A DNA stretch of 64,000 nucleotides from Eledone cirrhosa (GCA_964016885.1 OZ024757.1:40486001-40550000); one strand, 5' to 3'. Counted from the first letter of the stretch, positions 12,051 through 27,753 are shown. The notes: generated by a model from the letters alone, not told the origin. Made by a program: numbers and translations.

Positions 12051-12672
12051 CTAAACTGAGATGATGACCCCTGGTTTTCTCTTGGTCTCATGCCACAGGT
12101 ATAGCCATTTTTACCACCACATATGGCCAATTGCAGGTCAGGTTAGTGAGGCTATTTGGCCTGACATAGTTAGGTGTCCATTGTCACTAAACAGTTCATA
12201 CGCCGCTCATATAACTGAACATAATCTGTACGAATTTTTATTCATACATTTTATGATCGAGACTAAAAACAGTAATCTTGGCACTCGTAGTAGATTAGTT
12301 ATATAGGTTCATGGCTGATATACAACAGAATAGAAGCTTTTGTAAATATATGCATTATGTAAATTTGAAACGTGAACCACTTTAAACCTAGTTTTGCCTA
12401 CACTAAAGCTCTTATATTTTAATATGTATGACTAGAGGTTGTCTATTCTATTTTATTTTCTTTACGTTATATGCATGTATTCTTGTATGTGTGTGTATGT
12501 GTGTGTATGTGTGTATGTATATATGTATGTATGTATTATGTGTATGTATGTGTATGAATGTATGTATGTATGTATGTATAGATTTTTGTATGTGTATATA
12601 TGTTTTTTTATAATTAATAAACTTATGCATATACACGCATATATATATATACATAGCGAAAGAGAGAGAAGT

Positions 12673-12715
<43 letters not shown>

Positions 12716-12721
12716 GAGAGA

Positions 12722-12805
<84 letters not shown>

Positions 12806-13542
12806 CTGTATGTGTTAATGTGTGTATGTGTGTATTAAAATTCGAGATGGAAAAAAAACCTAGAAGAGGAAGGAGAAGAAGGAAATTCAAGCCAAGAGAC
12901 CGTCTAGAAAGTTCCTAAATAAAAGCCACACTTAAAAAACATAAAACGAGAAAAAATTACAAAACAGCCCCGAAAAAACCCCACCATTTCTCCATCTTTC
13001 CTTTCCAACCTCTTCTATTTTTTCTTGATTTTTTTTTAATCCTTTTTCTCTTTCTTCCCATTCCTCATTTCACATCACATCACATCGCATTGATTTTATT
13101 CTTTTCATACTTTATATAGATCTCGCACTACAAACTTAACTTTCTCTCCCATCTCTCAGCCCCCTCTTCTCTCACTCTCTCTCTCTCTATCTATCTATCT
13201 CTCTCTCTCTTGGTGTGTGCTTTTGTTTTATTTTCATTTGCTTCTCTTTTCTTCCCTATCGATATGGAATGGACTTACTGAGAAATCATCGGTGGGAAAC
13301 AATAAGACAAGAAGAAGAAGAAAAAGAAGATATGACAAACTAAAATATGTTCACTTTAGATATATACACACACACATATATATATATATATACATACATA
13401 CACACACATATATATATATACACACACACGCATATATATATATTTACACACACACACACGCACATATGTATATATATATACATACATACATACACATATA
13501 TATATACACACACACGCTCATATATATATACACACACACACA

Positions 13543-13671
<129 letters not shown>

Positions 13672-14894
13672 TATATACACACGCACACGCACATATATAT
13701 ATATATGTTCCTACGTCTATATACATTTTTGTTCTGTCTTCCTTTCTATTCTTTCATTTGTCCGTTGCTAACTTCCATCTTACTTCCGCCTTTCCTCTAC
13801 ACACCACCGCCATTTCCCTTCTATCTCTTCTTTCTCATTCTTTTACCTCCTACTACTTCCAAACGCCATTCTTTCTTCACTTCACCTTATGCCATATTTT
13901 TTTCTTTCAAAATACTCTTAGTGTATTTTTTTAATATATTTATATATTTATATATATTTTTTCTTCTATATTGATTTTTTAATTATTTTTTTTTACTTTA
14001 CTTTATTTGTCTTCAATCTTTCTTCCTGAAATTCTAGCATTTAGTCCACCACTTTCTAATATTTTTGTAACTTCATTGTTTCCTATTTCCCCTTATATTC
14101 TATTATATCTTTCTCCGTCCATTTCTCAAATTACCATCTTCATCATCATTTTCATTATTATTAAACTATTATTATTCTTACTATCATTATCATTATCATC
14201 ATTATTATTATTAATAATGATAGTAAGAATAATAATGAAGAAACCATTGTTATTCTTACTATGATTATCCTTACTATTATTAATATTGTTGTTATTATTA
14301 TTAATGTTATCATTATTACCAGTTCGATATGAATGGACGTGTTTTCAGACAGCTCCGTAAAAATTGGATAATTATCAAGTTTTTACAGGATGAAACAATT
14401 TTTCAATTTTTAATAATTTCTTTAAGATTTTCTTTTACAAATAGATGACTTTAGGTAACGTCAACACCAATAATAATACAAATAATAATACTACTAATAA
14501 GACTATTAATAATAAAGTGGAATCAAAAGAAAAAAAATAATTAAAAAACAAACAAACAAAGAGTAACGTAAGGTCTATCTGTTAAACATATTTCTTTTCT
14601 AAAACCTCTCTTGTTTAATTCAATCCAATATAATTTCTACTTCTAGTGGAGGAGAGTGAAGTGGAGGTGGTGTAGGAGAGTGTAGTGGTGTGGTGAGGCT
14701 AATAACAAAAGAAAATGCACTTGATATGCTTCTCAAGACGAAATAATTTTCGACTACGTGAAATCGAAATTTTAAAAATAAAAACGATAAACAGATTTTG
14801 AAAAAAGAAAGACACGATAAAAAGAATATCAATGGCAATAAAACAGACTCACTAACTAGTACAGAGAGCCATAGTATTGATTATTAATTTAGAC

Positions 14895-15070
14895 AGAAGG
14901 CCAACACATTTGAGAATAGGACAAAGTTGATTAAATCAGCTTCAGTATTTAGTTGGTATTTTATTTTATGGACCCCTGAAGGATGAAAAGCAAAGTTGAC
15001 CTCGGTGGGATTTGAATTAAGAATGTAAAGTGCCAGAACAAATATGATAATAGTATCTTATCCGGTGCTC
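14895..15070 (-). mobile_element. Older, degenerate SINE (Meta/MESC-like core)
   Basis: AAGGCCAAC...GAAGGATGAAAAGCAAAGTTGACCTCGGTGGGATTTGAA. Confidence 0.75.
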
Positions 15071-15111
15071 TACAAATTTCAGGTTCTAATTGTCAAGGCT
15101 TGCTCCCTTTC

Positions 15112-15707
15112 GTGTTCACAAGTGATGGAAGGAGGGAGGCTGAATTATGTGTAAGAATTCCAGGAGCTGGTGCAGTAATGGGTTAGCTTCAGGACTCGGT
15201 AATCAGAATAAGGGAGGTGTAAAAGACAAACTCGCTATCTTCAAATCAGTATTCGCGCCAACCCTTGCCTATGGTCAGGAATCTTGGGTAATGACCAAAA
15301 GGATACGATCGTGAATTCAAGCGGCAGAAATGGGGTTCCTCTGCAGGGCCTTTAGAGTAACGTTACTCGACAGAGTGCGTAGCTCGGAGATCAGAGAGTC
15401 ACTCCAGTTAAAGCCTGTACTGCTTCGAATTGAGAGATCACAGCTCCAACATCATGGGCATGTGGTTTGAATACCTCAGGACAGAATTGCTTGAGAGATG
15501 ATTTTACAAAACTAACCGGCAGATGTCTTAGGGGTAGACACCGAGCAAGATAGTTGAATAACATCCATGAGCTTGGCTGGTCTCGCTTAGGGGATCCAGC
15601 CAGATCAGTTGGTGACACTTGCTTTTGACAGGACCCGCTGGACGGAGTGTTTGAGGAATCTTCCCCCATGACCCTCTCACGAATAAGTGGGCGACGAAGA
15701 AGAAGAA
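15112..15707 (+). mobile_element. Decayed RTE-clade LINE (Rex3/Expander-like) C-terminal RT region with (GAA)n tail
   Basis: Translates FTSDGRREAELCVRIPGAGAVMG*...KLAIFKSVFAPTLAYGQESWVMTKRIRS*IQAAEMGFLCRAFRVTLLDRVRSSEIRESLQLKPVLLRIERSQLQHHGHVV*; in-frame stops; GAAGAAGAAGAA at 15696-15707. Confidence 0.85.
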
Positions 15708-16940
15708 ATAAGCTGTTCAAATTCTACTAATCCTCCTCTTTACACACACAGAGCAGTAATATTAAACTGAAGTCCGAAAGACAATAGCCTCAATGCAAAC
15801 TTCTATGATATTAATTAACAATGGTACAAAGCACTCCTTCGGTGGGATTACAAATAAAAGTTAGGTGTTAAACAGGGGTTGAATTCATTCAATGTAAGAA
15901 TGGAAGCGTTACGTCACATAAGAGTGAACATCCTTGCTTGAAGAATTTAGCCGTGGACTGGAAAGAAGAATAGTGAGAGCTGTGGTTGTAATAAACAGAT
16001 AGGGATTCCGTATGTTCTAAACACAATTTATGAAATACTCTAGATATATTCTGTACCCCATTGATAAGGGTAGGGGCATGTTAGCGTGTACCCTAATTAA
16101 AAACTTGCGGGTGAGGCTAGAAAGCTGCTTAAATTGGTACTGGTGGTGAAAAACTATGATTTAAGTTATGGTAATAGTGGTGGTGCTTTTGTTGGTGGTG
16201 GTCATGGTTGTTGTCGTGAGGCTTGTGATGGCGGTGTTGATGATGGCGGTGGTGGTGGTGGTGGTGGTGGTGGTGGTGTTATTGCTGGCGAAGGGTCTGG
16301 TGTTGTTGCTGGTTATAATTATGAGTGTAGTAGAGGTGGAGGTGGTATAGTTAGCAGTGGCAGTGGGGGATATTATAGGGATGAGGGTTGTTGCTGTTAT
16401 GTTGTGGTGCTGATGATGTTGTTGATGTTGTTGTTGTTCCTAGTGGCTGTGTAATTGGTGGCGTGGTGCTTTGTTGATGTAATAGTGTGTGTATTCGTGT
16501 GTGTAAGCGAGAGTGTATGTGAGAGTGTATATGAGTGGGTGTGGGTGTGAGGGTGTATGTGTGCGTGTGTGTGTGTATGTATGTGAGAGTGTATATGTGT
16601 GGGTGAGTATGTGTGTGTGTGTATGTGTGTGTGGTGGAGTGGAACATGTCGATAGCAGTATAATCAGGTTTAATTTGATAATGGAATCGTTAATGTTGTT
16701 GTTGTTGTTGTTGTTGTTGTTACTATAATTGTCTTTCGTTATGATAGTGGTCATAATAATGATGATGATGATGACGATTGCTGCGTGGGTTATATCGTTG
16801 ATATGATGATGATGATTGTTCATGGAATTGGTGTCTGCATCAATTTGGCGGTGGAGGGAAGGAATGGCGGGTTGGTGCGGAAGAGTGGACAGGTTCATTG
16901 ATGTTAAAAGGAAAAGGTGTCAGTGTGTGTCAGTGTGTGT

Positions 16941-16980
<40 letters not shown>

Positions 16981-17774
16981 GTGTCAGTGTGTGTGACTGT
17001 GTATGTGTGTGTGTGCGTATGTGTATGGATGTGTGTATGCAGATATGCACGTACTTGCATTATTTTTCTTACATTACTTACTTGATAAGTGGAAGAGAGA
17101 GAGAGAGAGAAATAAGAGGGAGAAAGATTGGGAGATAGAGAGAGAGTGAGACAGATGAGAGGGGGAAAGATGAGAGGGAGAAAGATGAGAGTGAGAAAGA
17201 GGAGAGTGAGAAAGAAAGGGTGAGAGAGAGAAATAGTTTGTAAATAACGAGAGTGAAAGGAAGTAGACGAGATAGTTACATATAAAGATAGATAGATAGA
17301 TAGATAGACAGGGACATATAAAGAGAGAAATAAAGATGGAGAGAGACATATAAAGAGAGAAAGAGAGAGAGATTATATATATATATATATGTGTGCATAT
17401 ATAGACAGAGAGAGAGTGATAGAGAGTGAGAGAGAGAGAGTGATAGAGAGTGAGAGAGAGACAGAGAGAGAGTGAGAGAGAGAGAGATGAAGTGTATAAG
17501 AATATGATCTATGCTGACGTGCTTCCTTCAACGATTAAGGATTTACATACATTAAACAGTCATAACCTATTGTATCAAACGCCAACACCACCCAACACCG
17601 CCACCACAATAACAATACTACCGCCTACGACCCTGGCTATTGCCAACATCACCAGCTCAATAAAAATAAACATACCACCGCCTACGACCCAGTCCATTGC
17701 CCTCACTGCCACCACAATAACAATAACACCGCCTACGACCTAGGATTTTAGAGCAACCGCCATGACAGTAATAA

Positions 17775-17955
17775 CTGTTTCTACTTTTTGGCACAAGGCC
17801 AGCAATTACTCAGTGCATTACTGGTACTTTATTTTATCGACCCCGTAAGGATGAAAGGCAAAGTTAACCTCGGCGGGATTTGAACTCACATCATAAAGGG
17901 CCGTAACTCAATGCTGCAAAGCATGGCGTCCGACCCTCTACCAATACTGCCAATA
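17775..17955 (-). mobile_element. Near-full-length tRNA-derived SINE (Meta/MESC-like core)
   Basis: Minus strand TGGCAGTATTGG (A-box-like) ... GAGTTCAAATCC (B box) ... GCCTTTCATCCTTACGGGGTCGATAAAATAAAGTACC. Confidence 0.9.
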
Positions 17956-18660
17956 CTCCACAGTAACAATAACAACATCTACGACCCAGGATATTGGAAC
18001 AACCGCCATCACAGTAATGATAACACCTACGACCCTGGCCGTTGCCCTCACCGCCACCGCCATCATGATCACCACCAACACGGTCTCGTCTAGCAACAAT
18101 TCCACCACCACCACCAACATCAACAGCAACAGCAACAGCAACAGCAATACCAGTGTCTATGACGCAATGCCTCACCGACACCACCATCACCACCAACAAC
18201 GCCACCACCACCAATACCACCATTTCTCCCTACTACGGCCCATTCATCAGCTAACACTCCAAACACCACTGACACTACCAGCTATTACCGGCACCACCAC
18301 CACTAAAACCAACACCACCAGATATTGCCTGCACCACCTCTACCATCACCATCACTACAACCACCACCACTACTATAACCACCTCTACCATCACCACCAC
18401 CACCAGTAAAACCACCACAACCAGCTATTGCCTGCACCACCACTACAAGCACCACAACTACAATCACCACCACTACCATCACCACCTCTACCATCACCAC
18501 CACCAGTACAACCACTACCACCAGCTATTGCCTGCACCACCACTACAAGCACCACAACAACAACCACCACCACCAGTACAACCACCACCACCAGCTATTG
18601 CCTGCACCACCACTACAAGCACCACAACTACAACCACCACCACCAGATATTGCCTGCACC

Positions 18661-19088
18661 ACCAGTACAACCACCACCAGCCATTACTTGCCCCACCACC
18701 TCTACCATCACCACCACCAGTACAACCACCACCAGCCATTACTTGCCCCACCACCTCTACCATCACCACCACCAGTACAACCACCACCAGCCATTACTTG
18801 CCCCACCACCTCTACCATCACCACCACCAGTACAACCACCACCAGCCATTACTTGCCCCACCACCTCTACCATCACCACCACCAGTACAACCACCACCAG
18901 CCATTACTTGCCCCACCACCTCTACCATCACCACCACCAGTACAACCACCACCAGCCATTACTTGCCCCACCACCTCTACCATCACCACCACCAGTACAA
19001 CCACCACCAGCCATTACTTGCCCCACCACCTCTACCATCACCACCACCAGTACAACCACCACCAGCCATTACTTGCCCCACCACCTCT
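18661..19088. repeat. 55-bp minisatellite, ~7.8 near-identical copies, preceded by diverged related units (18320-18660)
   Basis: Unit ACCAGTACAACCACCACCAGCCATTACTTGCCCCACCACCTCTACCATCACCACC starting at 18661, 18716, 18771... Confidence 0.95.
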
Positions 19089-19288
19089 CGCATCACCAGC
19101 TATTACCACCCAATATACTGTATATAGTTAGGCCATCAATCAACACTCACAACTATATTATATCATATCTCTACATATACCTGCATATCACCTACAACTT
19201 ATGTATCTATATATATATATATACATACATATGTATATACCTACGTATATATATATATATATATATACATACATATGTATATACCTAC

Positions 19289-19355
<67 letters not shown>

Positions 19356-19389
19356 TATACACATACATATACATATGCATATACATACG

Positions 19390-19431
<42 letters not shown>

Positions 19432-19583
19432 TATACACATACATATACATATGCATATACATACGTATGTGTATATATATATATATATATATACATACAT
19501 ACATACATACATATGTATATACATATATACACACATATATATATATATATATATATGTACATATGTATATACATATACATACG

Positions 19584-19616
<33 letters not shown>

Positions 19617-19641
19617 GTATATACATATACATACGTATATA

Positions 19642-19695
<54 letters not shown>

Positions 19696-20049
19696 ATCAG
19701 ACACACGCACACATATATACGTAAATATAAATATATGTATAAATATATATATGTATACAGTATATATAAATATATATATAAGCATATCTGTATTTATTCG
19801 GCCATATTTAAAACGTCTTCTCCATTATCATGCTCTAATCATGCCATATATTTCCCTATATTATCTCAGCCACGATCAAACTATCTTTCTATCAAAGTTT
19901 ATCTTTCAATCAGCAAATACGTACTTACTCGTCCGTCAATATTCTCATCGATCCCTTTACTAAATTTTATGAACGAACAGATAAACGTGCAGGCATTTGT
20001 GTGATATGTCTCTGTTTATATATATATATATATATATATTTATATTTAC

Positions 20050-20085
<36 letters not shown>

Positions 20086-20092
20086 ATATATG

Positions 20093-20164
<72 letters not shown>

Positions 20165-20389
20165 TATTTACATATACATATATGTATATATATACATGTA
20201 TATATATTTATATATGTATATTTCCATATAAATAGACAAAATGATTGAGTGATAGACCTATACATTCTAAAATAGCTCACTATATATACATATATATGTA
20301 TGTGTATATATATACATATATATACATATATACATATATATATATATACATATATATATATACATATATATATATGCATATATATATAC

Positions 20390-20476
<87 letters not shown>

Positions 20477-20489
20477 CATATATATATAC

Positions 20490-20897
20490 ATGTCGGTGAG
20501 CATGTCCAGCTAACCTCAGTCTCCTCTGTGTCACTTTTGGGATGCTCCCATACAGCTCTGAGTTCTTCATCCTCAGTGTATACTGATCAATGTTCAGAGC
20601 CATCCTCAACATTCTCGTGTAACACCCATCCACCATCTAAGTGAGTTTCTAAGTCAGTGTCCAAGCCTCAGACCCGTACAGCAGCACCGACTCCACTACA
20701 GAGAAGACTGATGTTAGCTGGACATGCTCACCGACATCGAGAGTTGACATTGCACACAGTGCTCCTGTGGGAGCCCCTACATGGACACACTGGAAGAGGA
20801 AGACCAAGGTTAACGTATGTTGATGTCCTAAGGACAGACACTGGACTGTTGGAGACGCAGGACATGGCAGCGATAATGAGGGACAGAGACCGCTGGA
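20490..20897. mobile_element. RTE-clade LINE 3' fragment with 5' inversion (minus 20490-20700, plus 20698-20897), same family as 11432
   Basis: Minus [16 protein letters not shown]...[16 protein letters not shown]...LAGHAHRH; plus [13 protein letters not shown]...[35 protein letters not shown]. Confidence 0.9.
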
Positions 20898-20979
20898 TAT
20901 ATATATATATCTCCAGAGCGTGAAATTAATAAACATTCGTTGTACTGCCTCTCTGTTTTGTCCCTGTTCTAATTTTTCC

Positions 20980-21024
<45 letters not shown>

Positions 21025-21046
21025 ACATATATATATATATGTATAC

Positions 21047-21079
<33 letters not shown>

Positions 21080-21152
21080 TACATATATATATAGATAGAT
21101 ATGTATATATACATATATATATATACATATATATACATATATATATAGATAG

Positions 21153-21197
<45 letters not shown>

Positions 21198-21252
21198 GAT
21201 AGATATGTATATATATATATACATATATATACATACATATATATATAGATAG

Positions 21253-21375
<123 letters not shown>

Positions 21376-21466
21376 TATATGCATATAGACAATGTATATT
21401 TTATGAGAGAAGGAATGGTAAAGCGACGAATATACTGATATACATGTATAGATACACAATATATAG

Positions 21467-21594
<128 letters not shown>

Positions 21595-22155
21595 TCATTA
21601 TCAGCAGCTGCTGTAGACTGACGATAGAATATCATTTCCTAATGAGGCGGAATGTCACAGCGGAAGCATTTTTCTATAGGAAAGTGTAAGAAAAAGTATG
21701 CAAACAGATTAATGATAATCAATAAAATACAGCTCAGCCAAGCGATCTGATCGTTTATCGAACTGCTAGACTAGTGGTTGATAGTTCTTACTATGCTACT
21801 GACTGATCCTGTTCCATGCCGTTGCCAAAATTACAGAGATTCAACGAGAAAGCTTCTGAAAGGTAAATATGATTTCTTTGAAATACAATCAGAATATTTC
21901 CTTGTGTATATCCGCCTTGTCGATATAGATTGGTTTTATGTGTTTATTGTTTCATTGGGGTTTATTTTTCAGGCATGTGACTGCGGCCATGCTGGAGCAA
22001 TATTGTGAAGTTTTACCATAGCTACTGGAAAAAACTGGGTAATATTTGGTAAGCAACAAAGCACAGGGTTATATGAGGGTAGCATTAGACATTTATCGAG
22101 TGTTTTAAATTACAGAAATTAGAGCATGTACGTATGATATATATATATGTACGTA

Positions 22156-22499
<344 letters not shown>

Positions 22500-22500
<1 letters not shown>

Positions 22501-22648
22501 ATACTATCTATCTGTCACAAATCCAGGTAGAAGGAGCAACGTGAAATAAAGTGTCTTGCCCAAGGACATAACGCATCGCCCAGTCCAGGAATCGAACTGA
22601 CAACCTCACGATTACGAATCCAGTTCTTTAAACACTCAGCCACACGCA
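22500..22648 (-). mobile_element. tRNA-headed CORE-like SINE, subfamily 2
   Basis: Minus GCGTGTGGCTGAGTG...GTTCGATTCCTGGACTGGGCGATGCGTTATGTCCTTGGGCAAGACACTTTATTTCACGTTGCTCC. Confidence 0.85.
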
Positions 22649-22679
22649 CAAAAAAAACCCAAAATCCCCAGAAAACAAC

Positions 22680-22960
22680 AAAAGCAACAGCTTGAATACT
22701 CCACATTAGTAATACCCCTAGCAGATTAAACTACACACATTCACACGGGTGAATTAGGTATCAAAAATAATAATAAGAGACATCACAAGAGCTAGAGCTT
22801 AAATACTCCACATTAGAAGTAGACCTACCAGCTTAAAATACACACCTTTACACAGGTGAATTAGCCCCCCCCCCCCCCCCCCCCCCCAAAAAAAAAGAGA
22901 AATCACAAAAGCAAAAGCTTGACTGTTCTGTATTAGAAATACACCTACAAGATTAACTGA
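22680..22960. repeat. Diverged tandem repeat, ~110-120-bp unit, ~2.5 copies
   Basis: AGCTTRAATACTCCACATTAG...ACAC...GGTGAATTAG recurs. Confidence 0.7.
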
Positions 22961-23255
22961 AAAGCCCATTTAAGTGATACGAAGTCATAAAATCATAGAT
23001 TACAATAGAAATAGTGTAGCTACTATCAACATTAGCTCTATAACAAGTCGGCATTATTGAAACAACACTATTTGCTTAGCGATATATAATAGACAGAAAT
23101 GAAAATATGATATGTAAATAGTTCACTTGTTCAGAAGCTCTTAACTGGCACTCTATGTATTAAGAAGACTAAATAGAAAAGAAAAGAGAAAAAAGTATAT
23201 ACTATCATACAAGCACAAACGAACACACACACACTAAATATATATATATATATAA

Positions 23256-23358
<103 letters not shown>

Positions 23359-23459
23359 GGGAGAGAGAGAGAGAGAGAAAGAACGAGAGTGAGAGAGAGG
23401 TACAATTCTTGGCACCGCGGTCGGGATTTACATATCTCTAAACCCATTCCACATTCCAA

Positions 23460-23670
23460 TTATGGTTACTTATATAGGCACAAGGCCAGCACATTTGGGG
23501 GAGGGGAAAGTCGATTAAATCGACCCCAGTACATTACTGGTACTTTATTTCATCGACCCCGTAAGGATGAAAGGCAAAGTTAACCACGGCGGGATTTGAA
23601 CTCAGATCGTAAAGGACCGTAACTCTATGCTGCACAGCATGGCGTCCGACCTTCCACCGATACTGCTAAA
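23460..23670 (-). mobile_element. Full-length SINE (Meta/MESC-like core)
   Basis: GGCACAAGGCCAGC...GTCGATTAAATCGACCCCAG...GGATGAAAGGCAAAG...GGGATTTGAACTCAG. Confidence 0.9.
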
Positions 23671-23926
23671 CCAAGTTTCCTACACTTACTATAGGTGGTG
23701 GCCATAAGTGGACTCAGAAACCAATAGTCGTACTTACAGGTTTTGTGTGTGGAATTTTGTTTATACTATATAAACTCTCTTGGAACAGATTGAGCTTTGT
23801 TTTCAGTAATCTTTCATCTCCGGATTCATACACACACACACACACACGTGTGTGTGTGTATAAACTACACTACACACATATATGTACACATACACGTTAT
23901 ATACATTGTATATGTATGTATATAGG

Positions 23927-23965
<39 letters not shown>

Positions 23966-24016
23966 AATAGACATATACAGACACGGGGTCCTGACTTTTT
24001 CCTATATATATATAGT

Positions 24017-24444
24017 TGGAGGCTTCATAGAGAGTGGTGATCCAGGTCTGAAGTTCGATCCTGGTCGGGAGTAGGGTTCCCGATAAACCTTTTCAGTTTT
24101 TTTTTCTATGGGATGTAAAATAAAAAACTGAATAATAGTATATGCACCTATGACCGAGATTGAACCCAAGACCAGGATCTCCACCGTCTGTAGTACTTAC
24201 CACTAGCCCACTGGCTATGCTACGAAAATCTAATGAAAATTCATACTTATAAACCTACTTTCAAAATGTTCACTACAAAGTGCTGTGGTGTCGTTCATGT
24301 CTTTCTTAATGTTATTGCTCCTACTTAAGGTCGACTTCTAAATCATTTGGGTGTTCTATAAACTACATCCTCGTTTTGTTTCTCATCTATCTAGACTATA
24401 TTTTAACCTGTAATCCATGTTTCATTTCTGTTGCACCTCGTTTC
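24017..24444. mobile_element. Fold-back element with two convergent tRNA-like units (copy 1, left arm truncated)
   Basis: Colinear and highly similar to 28785-29209. Confidence 0.8.
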
Positions 24445-24503
24445 TCCCACTCATCTCTCTCTCTTTTTAATTTGATTATTTTAACAAACAAATATATATA
24501 TAT

Positions 24504-24582
24504 ATAGGAAAAGGTACGACCCCGACGGTAGAACTGAAGCCGTTTCGACAACTATTTCTGGACTCTTACCACAACTCCTTCG

Positions 24583-24585
<3 letters not shown>
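24504..24585. mobile_element. Internally deleted copy of fold-back family D
   Basis: AGGAAAAGGTACGACCCCGACGGTAGAACTGAAGCCGTTTCGAC...ATTTCTGGACTC joined to TTACCACAACTCCTTCGTT (reverse complement of the family D terminus at 36116/46753). Confidence 0.75.
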
Positions 24586-24639
<54 letters not shown>

Positions 24640-24719
24640 ATAATACAATACTTATACATACTTAAGATGAAGACAGTGATTAGAATTATACATTTTTAAC
24701 TATATTAGCTGCTAATAGC

Positions 24720-24999
24720 CAGGCTTTGATGTAGCCCCCATTGGGTCCGGGGTACTTCAGGTTTGGGTAGCCCCACATATATAAATAAGACTCCACAGCA
24801 AAACCTTCAATTTTACATAAGTTAGCTTGGTGCAAGTAATTAGAATTGTTATACATACAGGTATTAAATTAAAAACATTCTAAACATCCTAAAGCTAAAC
24901 CTGAGAGCACAAATAAATTGCTGTATTTGGCGCTGGCTCCTCCCTGTGGCAGGGGTCAGGGGCAAATGCCCCTTTGCCCCACCATTAAATCTGGCCCGG
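24720..24999. mobile_element. Possible decayed hAT-type MITE
   Basis: Ends CAGGCTTTGATGTAG... and ...GCCCCCACCATTAAATCTGGCCCGG resemble CAGGGCCGGATTTA termini; no clear TSD. Confidence 0.3.
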
Positions 25000-25653
25000 C
25001 TTGCTGGTTAAGAAAACAAATATAGCCAATGATAATTAAAAAAGAATTGATAAATGATATGAGTGTGAAATCTTCAGCAATGAAATGAATTCTAACTGGA
25101 ATAAAATAACTTTAAGAATTTGTTATTCAATATGATTGTACAGATATAGATTTTGATATCTAATATAGTCGTATTGAATGAGAAATGAAAAAAAATAATG
25201 ATAATAAAATTAAAATAAAACAAAATCCAGCAAACATATAATTGATATTGCCATGTCTGAGAACACTAAACGCAAACTTGAATCAAATGGAGTCGTATCG
25301 AATATTTCAAGCGATAAATTGCAAATACGTGGTCACGACATAAGACGGATGTAATAGAATTTGTGACAGAATTTTTAGCTTTGGCATCTAATAAATTTAA
25401 CGAATGGTTATTTAAAATAGGAACTGAATAGAGGAGAAAAGCTTCGTTATTTTATTAAAATCAGATATGGTTCTAAATATAGAATTAGTGGATTCAATGT
25501 TGTAATATTTTATATTCGCTAACGTCTCTTTCAAAGCACCAGTCTATCGAATGTTTCAACGGTTTTTAAATCATTACCTGATATATGTATGTGATAGTTC
25601 GTATATATATGCATACACATACTCGCACATATACACACATATATATACATACA

Positions 25654-25695
<42 letters not shown>

Positions 25696-25828
25696 CATAT
25701 ATATATACGTATAAAAATATATATACATATGCATATATATACATATAAAAAAAAAATATATATATATACGTATAAAAATATATATACATATGCATATAAA
25801 ATATATATGCCTATATATATACACATAT

Positions 25829-25859
<31 letters not shown>

Positions 25860-25928
25860 ATATAAAATATATATACATATATATATATATATATGCATAT
25901 ATATACATATAAAATATATATACATATA

Positions 25929-25962
<34 letters not shown>

Positions 25963-26510
25963 CAAATGCATATATATACATATAAAATATATATACATAT
26001 ATATATATATATATGCATATATATATACATATCAAATATATATACATATAAAATATATATATATGCATATATATACATATAAAATATATATAGATATAAA
26101 TTATATATATATATAATATATATATATATATATAATATATATATATATATATACATATAAAATATATATATATATATATACATATAAAATATATATATAT
26201 ATATATATTGTATATGTATATATATATATATTATATATATATATATTATATATATATATATATTATATATATATATATTTTATATGTATATATATATATA
26301 TATATTTTATATGTATATATACATATAAAATATATATATATATATATACATATAAAATATATATATATATAATATATATATATATAATATATATATATAT
26401 AATATATATATATATACATATAAAATATATATATATATACATATAACATATATATATATATATATACATATAAAATATATATATATACATATAACATATA
26501 TATACATGTA

Positions 26511-26544
<34 letters not shown>

Positions 26545-26729
26545 TATATATATATACATATAATATATATATATATACATATAATATATATATATACATA
26601 TAATATGTATATATATATATATATATATAATATGTATATATATATATATATATATAATATGTATATATATATATATATATATAATATGTATATATATATA
26701 TAATATGTATATATATATATATATATATA

Positions 26730-26788
<59 letters not shown>

Positions 26789-26789
26789 G

Positions 26790-26956
<167 letters not shown>

Positions 26957-27694
26957 AGACAGAAGGAAAGAGTAAAATCACAAAAACTAGATTTCGTCTA
27001 GTGTTTGTAATTTTGTCTAATGTTTGCTTGAAGAGAAAATATATGTATATATATGCAAATGACCGTGTTCATTGGAGCAGTTTTGTTGCCTCACGTGTCT
27101 CAAGTTGTTGGCTGTATTAAGAGATGCAATTGACCGTGGTCATTGGAACACTTTGGCTGCCTCAACCATCTCAAGAAACGAGAGCTACTAAGTTTTAGCA
27201 TGTCACCTATTGGAATCAAATTTAATATCATCATATATCCTCATTTTCATTTACAGCCAAACCCTGAACCGGTTCTTATTTATTTACATCATTAATTATG
27301 AAAAATATTATTAATGATAATGAAATAATTAACATAGCTACTTCATTTCATAGTCATGAGAGAAGGCATAAAAAAAAATACTATTTTAATAAATGACATT
27401 CATTCGCCATTCCACGAGATTATCACAGAATTTGAATCCATTTCAGCCCAGAAAAATCAACAAAAAATATTATAATAATAATAAAAATAAAAATATAATG
27501 TATTTGAATAAAATATCATCCTCTCCATCCCCACACTGGGGGTTTCACACGTACCCTTTCAAAACTGATGTACCGCATTTTGACGTGTAATAAAATGTTT
27601 TAATTAGCTATTAATCGCACCCTGTATTCAAGTCATCGTTTGTGTTTTGGTTTTACTGCTTGTTATATTTATTGATGCTGTTAATATCGTTGCT

Positions 27695-27753
<59 letters not shown>

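Noticed and set aside
18428-19963. 511-aa Pro/Thr/His-rich ORF resembling an extensin or mucin
   Set aside because: It derives from a 55-bp (non-triplet) minisatellite open in all three frames and runs into (TA)n.
27615-27640. ACCCTGTA seed resembling miR-10
   Set aside because: The remainder does not match the mature miR-10 sequence and no precursor hairpin is visible.
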